A stretch of 60,055 nt of DNA, taken from contig JBAXLM010000002.1 in assembly GCA_037134795.1 (NCBI GenBank), positions 1 through 60,055 on the forward strand, in the 5' to 3' direction. The position numbers were made by a program, and so were the translations under genes. The number at the start of each line of letters is the position of its first letter. Position 1 is the first letter of the stretch. The DNA comes from Candidatus Omnitrophota bacterium. Its GTDB lineage: Bacteria > Omnitrophota > Gorgyraeia > Gygaellales > Profunditerraquicolaceae. Positions 27,733 to 36,818 of the stretch are shown here, one piece after another. The notes beneath the pieces are model-generated. The model was given only the letters and a program-made list of their open reading frames with translations. It was not told the origin of the DNA and did no database searches.

Positions 27733-29376
27733 ATGGCAAAGCAATTATTGTATAGTGATGATGCGCGCCGCAAGATTTTAAGAGGCATCGAGCAGCTAGC
27801 AGCAGCTGTAAAAGTAACCTTAGGCCCAAAAGGGCGCAATGTAGTAATTGACAAAAAGTTTGGTTCTCCCACAATTACAAAAGACGGAGTTACCGTAGCC
27901 AAGGAAATTGATTTAGAGGATCCTTTTGAAAATATGGGCGCTCAGATGGTCAAAGAAGTCGCGGAAAAAACTTCCGATATCGCGGGTGACGGAACTACCA
28001 CTGCTACTGTCTTAGCTGAAGCAATCTATCGCGAAGGATTAAAAAATGTAACTGCCGGATCAAATCCCATGATGTTAAAACGCGGAATTGAAAAAGCGGT
28101 TGAGAAAATAGTTGAAGAGCTGGGTAAACTTTCTACTCCTATTAAAGATAAAAAAGAGATCTCTCAAGTTGCAAGTATCGCGGCTAATTCCGACACCGCT
28201 ATCGGTGAATTAATTGCCGAAGCAATGGATAAAGTCGGTAAAGACGGGGTGATCACGGTTGAAGAAGCAAAATCTACCGCTACAACTCTCGAGGTTGTCG
28301 AAGGTATGCAATTTGACCAGGGATACTTATCTCCATATTTTGTAACTGACGCGGAAAGAATGGAAGTTCTTTTAGAAGATCCTTATATTCTCATTTATGA
28401 GAAAAAAATATCTTCAATTAAAGATATCCTTCCTTTATTAGAAAAGATCGCTCGCGTCGGAAAACCATTATTGATCATTGCCGAAGAAGTAGATGGTGAA
28501 GCCTTGGCAACTTTAGTGGTTAACAAAATCCGCGGCACCTTTGTTGCTTGCGCGGTAAAAGCTCCGGGTTATGGTGATAGGCGTAAAGCTATGCTTGAAG
28601 ATATCGCTATTTTAACCGGAGGAAAAGCATTAACCGAAGATCTAGGCATTAAGTTAGAAAATATTGAAGTGGAAGACCTAGGAAGAGCAAAAAAAGTTAA
28701 AATTGACAAAGAAAATTCTACTATTGTCGAAGGCGCGGGCAAAAACGCAGCAATCAACGCAAGAATTGCCCAATTAAAGAAACAAATTGAAGATACCGAT
28801 TCAGATTATGACAAAGAAAAACTACAAGAACGCCTGGCTAAATTAGCTGGTGGCGTCGCGGTAATTAATGTAGGTGCTGCTACGGAAACCGAGATGAAAG
28901 AAAAGAAAGCCCGAGTTGAAGATGCCTTACATGCAACGCGCGCAGCTACTCAAGAAGGAATCGTTCCAGGCGGCGGAGTAGCTTTTATCCGTACTATTGC
29001 TGCTTTAGATAAACTAAAGCTTGAAGGTGATGAGAAAATAGGCGTTAATATTGTAAAGCGCGCTATTGAAGAGCCCTTAAGGCAGATCGCTCAAAATGCA
29101 GGCCTAGAAGGTTCAGTAGTTGTGCAAAGAATCAAACAGGAAAAAACCAATATTGGTTACGATGTTAGCCAGGATGCTTATGTAGATATGATTGAAGCTG
29201 GCGTAATTGATCCCACAAAAGTAACTCGTTCAGCATTGCAAAATGCTGCCAGTATTGCCGCACTATTACTCACAACTGAAGCTTTAATTGTGGATAAGCC
29301 TGAAAAAGACGAGAAGATGCCTATGATGCCACCCGGAGGCGGTATGGGAGGAATGGGCGGCGGAGGAATGTATTAA
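27733..29376 (+). CDS. groEL: Chaperonin GroEL
   Basis: [26 protein letters not shown]-terminal GGM repeats. Confidence 0.98.
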   Translation: MAKQLLYSDDARRKILRGIEQLAAAVKVTLGPKGRNVVIDKKFGSPTITKDGVTVAKEIDLEDPFENMGAQMVKEVAEKTSDIAGDGTTTATVLAEAIYREGLKNVTAGSNPMMLKRGIEKAVEKIVEELGKLSTPIKDKKEISQVASIAANSDTAIGELIAEAMDKVGKDGVITVEEAKSTATTLEVVEGMQFDQGYLSPYFVTDAERMEVLLEDPYILIYEKKISSIKDILPLLEKIARVGKPLLIIAEEVDGEALATLVVNKIRGTFVACAVKAPGYGDRRKAMLEDIAILTGGKALTEDLGIKLENIEVEDLGRAKKVKIDKENSTIVEGAGKNAAINARIAQLKKQIEDTDSDYDKEKLQERLAKLAGGVAVINVGAATETEMKEKKARVEDALHATRAATQEGIVPGGGVAFIRTIAALDKLKLEGDEKIGVNIVKRAIEEPLRQIAQNAGLEGSVVVQRIKQEKTNIGYDVSQDAYVDMIEAGVIDPTKVTRSALQNAASIAALLLTTEALIVDKPEKDEKMPMMPPGGGMGGMGGGGMY

Positions 29377-29412
29377 AAAACAGTAAATAGTTGTTAGCAG
29401 ATAGAGTAAAAA

Positions 29413-29449
29413 GCAAAAGGCGTAGATAAAATCTACGCCTTTTGCTTTT
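29413..29449 (+). terminator. Rho-independent terminator after groEL
   Basis: Perfect 15-bp stem GCAAAAGGCGTAGAT / ATCTACGCCTTTTGC with a 3-nt loop, followed by TTTT. Confidence 0.85.
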
Positions 29450-29485
29450 AGGCCTGAACCAAACAGTAAAAAAATAGTAAAAAAC

Positions 29486-29514
29486 TTGACAAATTCAGTT
29501 CAGCATGTTATATT
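29486..29514 (+). promoter_or_regulatory. Consensus sigma-70 promoter of the giant gene
   Basis: TTGACA (29486-29491), 17 nt spacer, TATATT (29509-29514), preceded by TG (extended -10). About 125-nt leader before the TTG start. Confidence 0.7.
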
Positions 29515-29516
29515 TT

Positions 29517-29528
29517 ACCTAATTAGGT
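29517..29528. promoter_or_regulatory. Perfect 12-bp palindrome at the predicted transcription start (candidate operator)
   Basis: ACCTAATTAGGT lies 3-14 nt downstream of the -10 hexamer. Confidence 0.3.
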
Positions 29529-29640
29529 GAAATTCGTTAAATAATCAAACCAAACCGAGAAGAGTCATATCGGTTTTCTTTTGTCCAGGTTTTAAAGTAT
29601 TTTAAAAAGTATTTAATAACTTTGCTTAAAAAGAAAGGGG

Positions 29641-29724
29641 TTGAAAAAAATGTGGCGTAAAATTTCTTCCATTTTAGTTGCCTTCTGCTTACTCTTCCAA
29701 CAGTTAGGTTTTGCCAGCATGGCT
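29641..29724 (+). other. Predicted Sec signal peptide or N-terminal membrane anchor of the giant protein
   Basis: MKKMWRK (basic n-region), ISSILVAFCLLFQQLGF (hydrophobic core), ASMA (small residues at -3/-1). Confidence 0.6.
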
Positions 29725-32700
29725 ACGGAACTTAACCTTGCCGGGCATTTAAGTAAGATGTCCAGCGCCTTTACGCCTGACAGATTTCGGCCGATACATA
29801 TCAGGTTTTTCTCTTATGACACGCTTAATGACAATATCAAGGTTATGCTGGATAAAGGCGATGTCAAAAACCTTAAAGAAAGCCAGATTAATGCCTCAAC
29901 TCAAGAACTAATAAATTACTTTTTAGTGGGAGTCAGCCTTCCTGATAATAAATTCTGGGTGAATTTACGCCCGGATTCAGAAGATAACATTATAGATAAC
30001 TGGTTAGCTAAGACTGAAGTGGGAAAAATTATGCTTGAGGCTGACCTGCAGTTAAAGAAAGATACCGCTGAATTTACTTCGCCGCAAACTACTGAAGGGA
30101 GGCTTTACTGGAGCAAACTTTACCAGAAAGCTGCCGAGCTCTATGGAAATCAAGAAGTAAACATACCTACCCTAACTCGTCCCTGGATCGTGCCTAATGA
30201 AATAATTGTCCGCGAGTCCGGAGATAGCGCTTATATTTATAAAGCCACCTTAAAAGTAATGTTAGAGCAGGATTTTCTTAAAGATTCCAGCGTTTACAAT
30301 TTTAAGGATGAACGCGCCAAGGCTTTAAACGAATATTCTTCCCAACTTATCCGCGAAATCATAATTCCTAAACTAACGCAGGAAGTTAATCTCTCTAAAC
30401 GTTATGCCCCTTTAAGGCAAGTATATTATTCCATCATTCTCTCCCGCTGGTTTAAATCCAGATTTTCCAATCAAACTGGTTCTTACGCCTCGCGTATTGA
30501 TAAAAGAGACCTTACTGGCCTGGTTTCCGCGACGGCCTGGTCTAAAACTGCTTATTTTGACGCTTACAAGAAATCATTCGCGCAAGGTGAATACAATATT
30601 AAGGAAACAGTACATACTCCCACAGGCCAGGTAATTAGGTCTTATTTTTCCGGAGGCATGGATTTCGCGGCTATGACAATCAACGGAACCAATATTACCA
30701 GCAGCCCAATTGCCACCGCGCTGATGAAAGCCGGATTAGTTACGCCAGGTACGCCTGAGTCAACAAGCAGCCCGGTATCTATAGAGGTAAGAGGAATAAA
30801 CAGTCTTAAAGGCCTGGTAGATGCTCAAAATATTGATTCCGGCATTATGGTCATGGACTGGAATGTAATGCGTAAAGATCTGGGTGAAGATAGTAAACTT
30901 GCGCGTATTTTTGATTCAATTGATGCGATTGATGAGGCATTTAATAAGTTAGGCCTTCAATACCTATTTGCCATTACTCATGCAGAGAGGCCACAGGAAG
31001 AGAAAGATCCTCAAATACGATTTGATAAATTCAGTTTAGTACCCATCGTCAATAAAGCTAAAGAAATTTTGGCCAAGAAAGGGTTAAGTAATGTTGAAGT
31101 TGTAATGCTTCCTTTTGATTTAGATGAAGCGGGAAGGATCGTCAAGGAATCTATAGCAAAAGCTGATGGAAAGAAAATAATGTTTATATTTGAGAATATA
31201 AGGTTATACAAGCAAGAACAACTCGTTGCCGATAAAACGGCATCGTTTGCGCAAAAGTCAGAAGTAGTTAAAACCAGAAAAGCCTTTGAAGAAAAAATTA
31301 TTAATGTCACCGGAAGGGCCGTTGACAAGCTGGTTTATATCTCTGAAGCTTTTGATAAAGCGCATCGCGGTGAAGAAGCATCTATGGAAATGGCCTGGCT
31401 TTTTCCGGAGGAGAATCGCGCCGCAGGCCCCAAGTTTGGCAAAGATATACAATCAGTGCTTAGTTTTCAGTTGCGTATTACCGGGTCTTTAAGCGCTATG
31501 TTCGGAGGGGCTAAATTTGATAAATATGACGCATTCGGTAAATTAGCTGAGGCGATCGCTAAATCCAAAGGCAAGCTCATGATAGTGGGCGCGCAGCTTA
31601 ATGCTTATATTAAGTCGCAAAATATGGAGACTGGTAAATCATTGCTCCCGAACGCAAGCGACCAGAAAAAAGTAGATAAGGGCATTGAAGCTATGAATAA
31701 ATCCGGAGTAGCAATACTTTTACCGGAAGATTTAATTGTTGAAGGCAGGGCAGAATCCGTGGCATTAAACGCCCTTACTACCGAAGACGTGCAGATTGAT
31801 ATAGGAGACAAAGCAATTGAACAGGATGTAAATTATATAAATAGCCTTAAGAAAGGCGACGGGCTGATCTTAAACGGAGGCGCCGGAATTTTTGACAGAG
31901 CTACCGGTTCAAAAAAAGGAACAGTCGCGCTAATAGTAGCGGCAAATGAAGCTGCCAAAAGAGGGGTTGCGGTAATAGCCGCAGGCGGCGATATGTATAA
32001 CGCGGTGCAACTAGTAATTAAAGAAGCTCCCGGTTTTGAACTTGATCCTACCTTTGAGATTTCAACGGGAGGCGGTTCTTTATTAACTTCTTTAGCTAAG
32101 GGTATTGCTAATCTTCCGACGGTACGGGCAGTGCTTAAAATGGATCCCACTCAGGGGCTGCATGATATTTATTCATCTGTTAAAGAAGCGTTCCCCCAGG
32201 CAATAGTATTAAATACCGTGACTACCCTCGCGGAAGATTCCTCAATCAACGGCGACGAAGCCAACAGAAAAGCGTTATTGGACCCATTCAGGTCAATCGC
32301 CGGAACAATGAATATCGTCATACCCGACGGTCCGTTAGACATACGGCCAAACCTTATTTATGACGGCGCATTTATGCCGGTAGTGGTATTGGCGCAAAAT
32401 GTGCCGGACGCGCTTAAAGCGAAGATGGACGCTGCCAAAGATTCAACGGCAGTCTCCGATACTCTAGTTGAATACGTTAAGCCATTCTTTGCGGCTTCAG
32501 ATGTAAATATGAATACGGTTACAAAGGATAAACTACGCTCATCAAAATTAGACCCGTCGAAATTAGGGGCAGCTTCGGTGGATATCTCCGCTATGAAAGG
32601 CACCAAGTCAGAAAACGGAGATCTATTATTCTATGTGCCTGTATGGTCTAAACGCAGCGTTGCAGCAATGGATACTTTGAATGAAAAAATCAGCGCTGAC

Positions 32701-35448
32701 CTTAAGGCGCAAGCTCCTTCAATTGCAGCTTTACTGGAAGAAACTAGAGCGCCCCTTAGCTGGCCGAAAGAAGCTTTGGTTATCTCTAATTCAGAGGCAG
32801 CGTTACAATCTTTTGCCCAGTACGCGCCTCTATTTTTTGATGAATTTTCTAAAGGAGACCTAACTCATGCAGTCTTGTTACGGGAAATAATTTCTAATTT
32901 AGAGCCGCAGACATTTGTAAATCCCGAAGGAATCACGATTGACGAACTTATGGGAGATTTTATTTCTACTAAAGATAAGGACGCCAAAATCCCCGGGATA
33001 GGCAAGAACCTGCTTGCTTTTAAGAGCCGTATCAATACCCTGCAGCAGCTGTCGTTCTTCCTGTACATCGTGGCAAATCCGCAGGTTGACGCTACTACTA
33101 ATGCAGCAATTCCCGTTAAAGACGCAATTTTACAAAATGAAATTGTGGGTTTTTATGCCCGCACTTACAGGTATTTACTTGAGATAGCCCAGAATAATTT
33201 TAATAGCGCCAAAGAACTTGACGGTTTAAGGGATGAGATCGGAAGCAACGCGCAACGTTTAAACAAATCCTTGCGCGACAGCGACGCACTTGAAATAAGC
33301 AAAGCGACCGCAAAACAGCTGATCGATCACCTCACAGCTAAAGGAGTAGCTCTTAATCAAGCGGAAAAAGATAATCTGGCTAAAGTATTCGCTTATTATG
33401 AAAACAACGTTTTTGCCTATGACATCCTTATGTTGGCAGGATTATTAAGAGAGGATACGTTTATTGCCAGCTTCAGGCACCTGGCGTTGGATAATCCCAA
33501 ACAGGTTTTGCCTTCGCAAAAACCGTATGAAGCAATTGACGGTACTGGCCAAATCGGGAGCGTTGCTATTGCTCTGCGTTTTGCCAGCGATATCGACGCC
33601 CAGGAACCGGGTTATGAGGGTAAATATTTACTAAGGACGACTAAACTTAAAGGAGAGACAACGAATGAAAAATTTGCATCCGCTGTAAAGGTAGCTGTTG
33701 AATCTTTCAGCGACCCGATTATAAAAAGTTCAGAATTAAAAATAAGGACCGGGGATGGTTCAAGGCAATTAGTTGCCGACCTGGTAGCAAGCGGACGCAT
33801 TCAGTTTAAGGCTACTGACCAGGTAATATTGAGCAGGCTCGATTTCCAGGATCCGATATACGTGCAAAGTGTTTATCCCGTGGAGATCGTATTGGATGGT
33901 AAAAAAGTAGGCGTAATAAACTTCTTGGACATCACTCAGTTTGAAGCTGGATATAAAGAAGTGGCCACAAACAGAAGCCTGCCTGTTTTAGTGAATATCC
34001 CTCGTCCCATGATCATACGCGAAGCTAATGGTAAAGAGATATATTTTTCTTTAATAGTTGACGCTACTCCGGGAGGAGTTAATATCGGTAACCTGCAACT
34101 TACAGAAGCGGCAGCGCAAGGTAAGCCTAAACTTGACGGCCCTCCGTTATTTAAGTTTACCGGTAAATACGCTTTGGAAAATGAAACAAGCGCCGTAGAA
34201 GGAGACGCAGCCGTAGAGTTGATACGTTTGAAAGAAATCTTACAACAGACAGAAGCAAAACGCCTGCCTCAAGGCGGCAACGAATCATTTATTTACGTAA
34301 AAGCCCAAATACCTTCCAAATTAATCTTACCTGACGCGTTGGGCGGCTCAATCAATTTTATGGGTAAATATTTGCATAAGATCGCGCATGTTAAAGAATC
34401 AGGGGCACAGTTCATTTCAACTACTTCATGCTCTACTAACGGCGAAAGCTATATTACTCTCGCCTTATCGGCATTCGCAGGTAAGTTCGGTTTAAATAAG
34501 ATCGCTAAGGCAGGCCCCACGTATCATATGTATACGAGCGGCGACAGCAAAAAAGGCCTTTTCGGCGACCTTAATGAAAAAACTACCGGAGCTGCAAAAG
34601 GAGTAAGAGAGCATCTGCTTCTTGACGCGATATACGGGGCAATGCGTACTCCGACCGCGTATACTAACGGTCAAACTGATTTAAAAGGCGGTTCGCTATT
34701 TTATCTTTCCGTATTGTTGCCACAGAATATTCAGGAAAGCCTAGTCCGTAAGTATATCGCCAGGGTTGCAAGCGAGTACCCGGAGATGCTAAAACTCTTT
34801 ACCGAAGCGGACAAAGTCAACGGACGCTACACGCATGAAAATACAATATTCGGCCAGCGCACAGGTTCAATCCTCTATGAGGATTATATCAACCAGGTAG
34901 CAGGGCCTTTGTATACGTTGTTAGTCGGTTACGATAATGAGATGAGTTTCTCATTCAAGATGCAGGAACTTATTACGCAGTTTCTGCGTATCAAGGCGCG
35001 CCAGAAAGATTCAGTTATCCTGGCGCAATTAGCTCCTTTATCCAATACCGAAGAAAAAACAGCTAGCTCAGCAATTACAGATAACGATAAAAAGGGCGGT
35101 ATTGATTTCCGTGCCGCAGCCCTGACAATCAAATATCAGCCGATGGGTAATTTTGCCAGCCTAAACCCGAAACTTCCGGTTTTAAATGCGGCAGAGTTGG
35201 CTGTTTTTGATATTGAAAAAGAGCTCTCCGGAATAGAGAGGCTAGTGGATAGCCAGATGGTTCCTTCCGGTGAGAGAATCAAAGAAGTTTTAGCAGCCTG
35301 CTCGCAAAAGGGAGAACTGGGAGCTAATAAAGAACGCCTTATGGTATTACTGGTAAAAATGGGGATATTGGAAGAGACCCAGTGCTGTCTGCAAGAGGCT
35401 AGCCAGGAATATAAGGAAGCATTGGTTCTGGCGGATTCCTTAGTATAA
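29641..35448 (+). CDS. Giant (1,935 aa) signal-peptide-bearing multidomain protein with embedded PGK-like and GAPDH-like modules
   Basis: Uninterrupted 5.8 kb ORF in AT-rich DNA. TTG start 8 nt after an AAAGGGG Shine-Dalgarno. Own promoter and terminator. See the sub-features below for domain evidence. Confidence 0.9.
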   Translation: MKKMWRKISSILVAFCLLFQQLGFASMATELNLAGHLSKMSSAFTPDRFRPIHIRFFSYDTLNDNIKVMLDKGDVKNLKESQINASTQELINYFLVGVSLPDNKFWVNLRPDSEDNIIDNWLAKTEVGKIMLEADLQLKKDTAEFTSPQTTEGRLYWSKLYQKAAELYGNQEVNIPTLTRPWIVPNEIIVRESGDSAYIYKATLKVMLEQDFLKDSSVYNFKDERAKALNEYSSQLIREIIIPKLTQEVNLSKRYAPLRQVYYSIILSRWFKSRFSNQTGSYASRIDKRDLTGLVSATAWSKTAYFDAYKKSFAQGEYNIKETVHTPTGQVIRSYFSGGMDFAAMTINGTNITSSPIATALMKAGLVTPGTPESTSSPVSIEVRGINSLKGLVDAQNIDSGIMVMDWNVMRKDLGEDSKLARIFDSIDAIDEAFNKLGLQYLFAITHAERPQEEKDPQIRFDKFSLVPIVNKAKEILAKKGLSNVEVVMLPFDLDEAGRIVKESIAKADGKKIMFIFENIRLYKQEQLVADKTASFAQKSEVVKTRKAFEEKIINVTGRAVDKLVYISEAFDKAHRGEEASMEMAWLFPEENRAAGPKFGKDIQSVLSFQLRITGSLSAMFGGAKFDKYDAFGKLAEAIAKSKGKLMIVGAQLNAYIKSQNMETGKSLLPNASDQKKVDKGIEAMNKSGVAILLPEDLIVEGRAESVALNALTTEDVQIDIGDKAIEQDVNYINSLKKGDGLILNGGAGIFDRATGSKKGTVALIVAANEAAKRGVAVIAAGGDMYNAVQLVIKEAPGFELDPTFEISTGGGSLLTSLAKGIANLPTVRAVLKMDPTQGLHDIYSSVKEAFPQAIVLNTVTTLAEDSSINGDEANRKALLDPFRSIAGTMNIVIPDGPLDIRPNLIYDGAFMPVVVLAQNVPDALKAKMDAAKDSTAVSDTLVEYVKPFFAASDVNMNTVTKDKLRSSKLDPSKLGAASVDISAMKGTKSENGDLLFYVPVWSKRSVAAMDTLNEKISADLKAQAPSIAALLEETRAPLSWPKEALVISNSEAALQSFAQYAPLFFDEFSKGDLTHAVLLREIISNLEPQTFVNPEGITIDELMGDFISTKDKDAKIPGIGKNLLAFKSRINTLQQLSFFLYIVANPQVDATTNAAIPVKDAILQNEIVGFYARTYRYLLEIAQNNFNSAKELDGLRDEIGSNAQRLNKSLRDSDALEISKATAKQLIDHLTAKGVALNQAEKDNLAKVFAYYENNVFAYDILMLAGLLREDTFIASFRHLALDNPKQVLPSQKPYEAIDGTGQIGSVAIALRFASDIDAQEPGYEGKYLLRTTKLKGETTNEKFASAVKVAVESFSDPIIKSSELKIRTGDGSRQLVADLVASGRIQFKATDQVILSRLDFQDPIYVQSVYPVEIVLDGKKVGVINFLDITQFEAGYKEVATNRSLPVLVNIPRPMIIREANGKEIYFSLIVDATPGGVNIGNLQLTEAAAQGKPKLDGPPLFKFTGKYALENETSAVEGDAAVELIRLKEILQQTEAKRLPQGGNESFIYVKAQIPSKLILPDALGGSINFMGKYLHKIAHVKESGAQFISTTSCSTNGESYITLALSAFAGKFGLNKIAKAGPTYHMYTSGDSKKGLFGDLNEKTTGAAKGVREHLLLDAIYGAMRTPTAYTNGQTDLKGGSLFYLSVLLPQNIQESLVRKYIARVASEYPEMLKLFTEADKVNGRYTHENTIFGQRTGSILYEDYINQVAGPLYTLLVGYDNEMSFSFKMQELITQFLRIKARQKDSVILAQLAPLSNTEEKTASSAITDNDKKGGIDFRAAALTIKYQPMGNFASLNPKLPVLNAAELAVFDIEKELSGIERLVDSQMVPSGERIKEVLAACSQKGELGANKERLMVLLVKMGILEETQCCLQEASQEYKEALVLADSLV
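30841..32130 (+). other. Phosphoglycerate kinase-like module (aa ~401-830)
   Basis: Collinear matches to PGK signatures: VMDWNVM (RVDFNVP), ITHAERPQ (SHLGRPK), FSLVPIVNKAKEIL (YSLAPVA..L.ELL), FENIRLY (ENLRF), SEAFDKAHRGEEAS (DAFGTAHRAHAS), GGAKFDKY (GGAKVSDKI), DIGDKA (DIGPKT), LNGGAGIFD (WNGPMGVFE), GT, IAAGGDM (IGGGDS), ISTGGGSLL (STGGGASLE). Confidence 0.8.
33529..34980 (+). other. Class-I GAPDH-like module (aa ~1297-1780) with a large insertion in the NAD-binding half
   Basis: IDGTGQIGSVAIALRF (GINGFGRIGR), FISTTSCSTNGESY (IISNASCTTNCLAP; catalytic Cys codon at 34429-34431), PTYHMYTSGD (TVHAxTxxQ; His retained), TTGAAKGV (STGAAKAV), MRTPT (RVPT), VGYDNEMSFS (WYDNEWGYS). Confidence 0.75.
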
Positions 35449-35472
35449 GATAGAATTCTTGCGGTTCTTAAA

Positions 35473-35503
35473 AACCCCGGGCTTAGTTAACCCGGGGTTT
35501 TTA
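35473..35503 (+). terminator. Rho-independent terminator after the giant gene
   Basis: AACCCCGGG / CCCGGGGTT 9-bp GC-rich stem, 9-nt loop, then TTTT. Confidence 0.85.
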
Positions 35504-35536
35504 TTAATACCGTAAGCTCATCAAATAAAATAAATA

Positions 35537-35565
35537 TTGACAAACTCACCGCTTAGGTGTAAAAT
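35537..35565 (+). promoter_or_regulatory. Sigma-70 promoter of the guaB-like/guaA operon
   Basis: TTGACA (35537-35542), 17 nt spacer, TAAAAT (35560-35565), with TG upstream (extended -10). Confidence 0.7.
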
Positions 35566-35657
35566 TTAATATCTTTTCGTAATTACTCATCAAAACCGAG
35601 CAAAAAGTCGTAAATTATTGAAAAACAATAACTTACATACCATAGGAGAGACTTAAA

Positions 35658-36818
35658 ATGGCAGAATGGATAGGTATAGGCAGGCGCGCAAGAAGATGCT
35701 ATGGATTTGATGAGATTGCTTTAGTCCCCGGTGCACAAACCGTAAATCCCAATGAAGTTGACATAAGCTTTAAATTTGGGGATAAAAAATTTAAGATACC
35801 TATCCTTGCTGCTGCTATGGATGGAGTTGTCGATGTGAAATTTGCCATTGAAATGTCCCGCTTAGGGGCAATCGCGGTTTTAAATTTAGACGGTATCCAA
35901 ACGCGCTATGAAGATCCCGATGAAGTGCTGCAAGAGATTGCCAAAGCTACCCCGCAAAAAGCTACAGAGTTAATCCAAAAAGTTTACACCACTCCGATTA
36001 AAGAAAAACTCGTCTCAAAAAGAGTAGCCCAGATAAAAAAAGCAAAAGCTACCGCGGTAGTCAGCTGTATTCCAGCCAATGCTGAAAGATTCTCAAAACT
36101 CGCCATTGCTGCCGGAGCGGATATTTTTGTCTTGCAGTCAACAGTAACTACCACCAGGCATATCTCCACACAATACAAAGTGCTTGATTTGAATAAATTC
36201 TGTAAATCTATCTCCATCCCGATTATTCTAGGAAACTGCGTTACTTATGAAACAACTGTGGAACTTATGTCAACTGGCGCAAGCGGATTACTTATTGGCG
36301 TTGGCCCGGGAGCTGCTTGCACAACCCGCGGCGTATTGGGCATTGGCGTTCCGCAAGTAACCGCAACAGTAGATGCCGCAGGAGCACGCGACTTTTACTT
36401 TAAACGCACAGGAAAATATGTTTCTATTATTACTGATGGAGGGATGAATCGCGGTGGAGATGTTTGCAAAGCCTTTGCCTGCGGAGCGGACGCGGTGATG
36501 ATCGGGTCAAGTTTCGCGCGCGCCTGCGAGGCACCGGGAAGAGGATTCCATTGGGGAATGGCTACTTCACATGTTAATCTACCACGTGGTACCCGTATAC
36601 AAGTGGGCACAACCGGGTCATTAAAAGAGATTCTTTTAGGCCCGGCGAAAACAGATGACGGCTCGCAGAACCTTATTGGTGCTTTAAAAACATCCATGGG
36701 TTCACTTGGAGCATCAAACCTTAAAGAAATGCATGACGTAGAAATTATTATCGCACCATCAATCCAGACTGAAGGTAAGATATTTCAGGTAGGCCAAAAA
36801 GTAGGAATGGGAAAATGA
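35658..36818 (+). CDS. IMP dehydrogenase family protein, CBS-less GuaB3-like form with the catalytic Cys retained
   Basis: 386 aa. The N-terminus [20 protein letters not shown] resembles mycobacterial GuaB3-type proteins. [20 protein letters not shown] matches the IMPDH active-site loop (GIGPGSICTTR). No CBS pair. Stop overlaps the guaA start. Confidence 0.7.
   Translation: MAEWIGIGRRARRCYGFDEIALVPGAQTVNPNEVDISFKFGDKKFKIPILAAAMDGVVDVKFAIEMSRLGAIAVLNLDGIQTRYEDPDEVLQEIAKATPQKATELIQKVYTTPIKEKLVSKRVAQIKKAKATAVVSCIPANAERFSKLAIAAGADIFVLQSTVTTTRHISTQYKVLDLNKFCKSISIPIILGNCVTYETTVELMSTGASGLLIGVGPGAACTTRGVLGIGVPQVTATVDAAGARDFYFKRTGKYVSIITDGGMNRGGDVCKAFACGADAVMIGSSFARACEAPGRGFHWGMATSHVNLPRGTRIQVGTTGSLKEILLGPAKTDDGSQNLIGALKTSMGSLGASNLKEMHDVEIIIAPSIQTEGKIFQVGQKVGMGK

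Noticed and set aside
27255-27902. 215-aa minus-strand ORF spanning the groES region
   Set aside because: It is antisense to the unambiguous groES/groEL genes and to their promoter and CIRCE region. Its composition is low-complexity. It is a shadow ORF.
32160-33510. Possibility that the central part of the giant protein is a triosephosphate isomerase module (by analogy with the Thermotoga PGK-TIM fusion) or another glycolytic enzyme
   Set aside because: I could not find TIM signatures (NWK, HSERR, AYEPVWAIGTG, YGGS) or enolase or aldolase motifs by eye. The region is left as unassigned, and a profile or structure search is needed.
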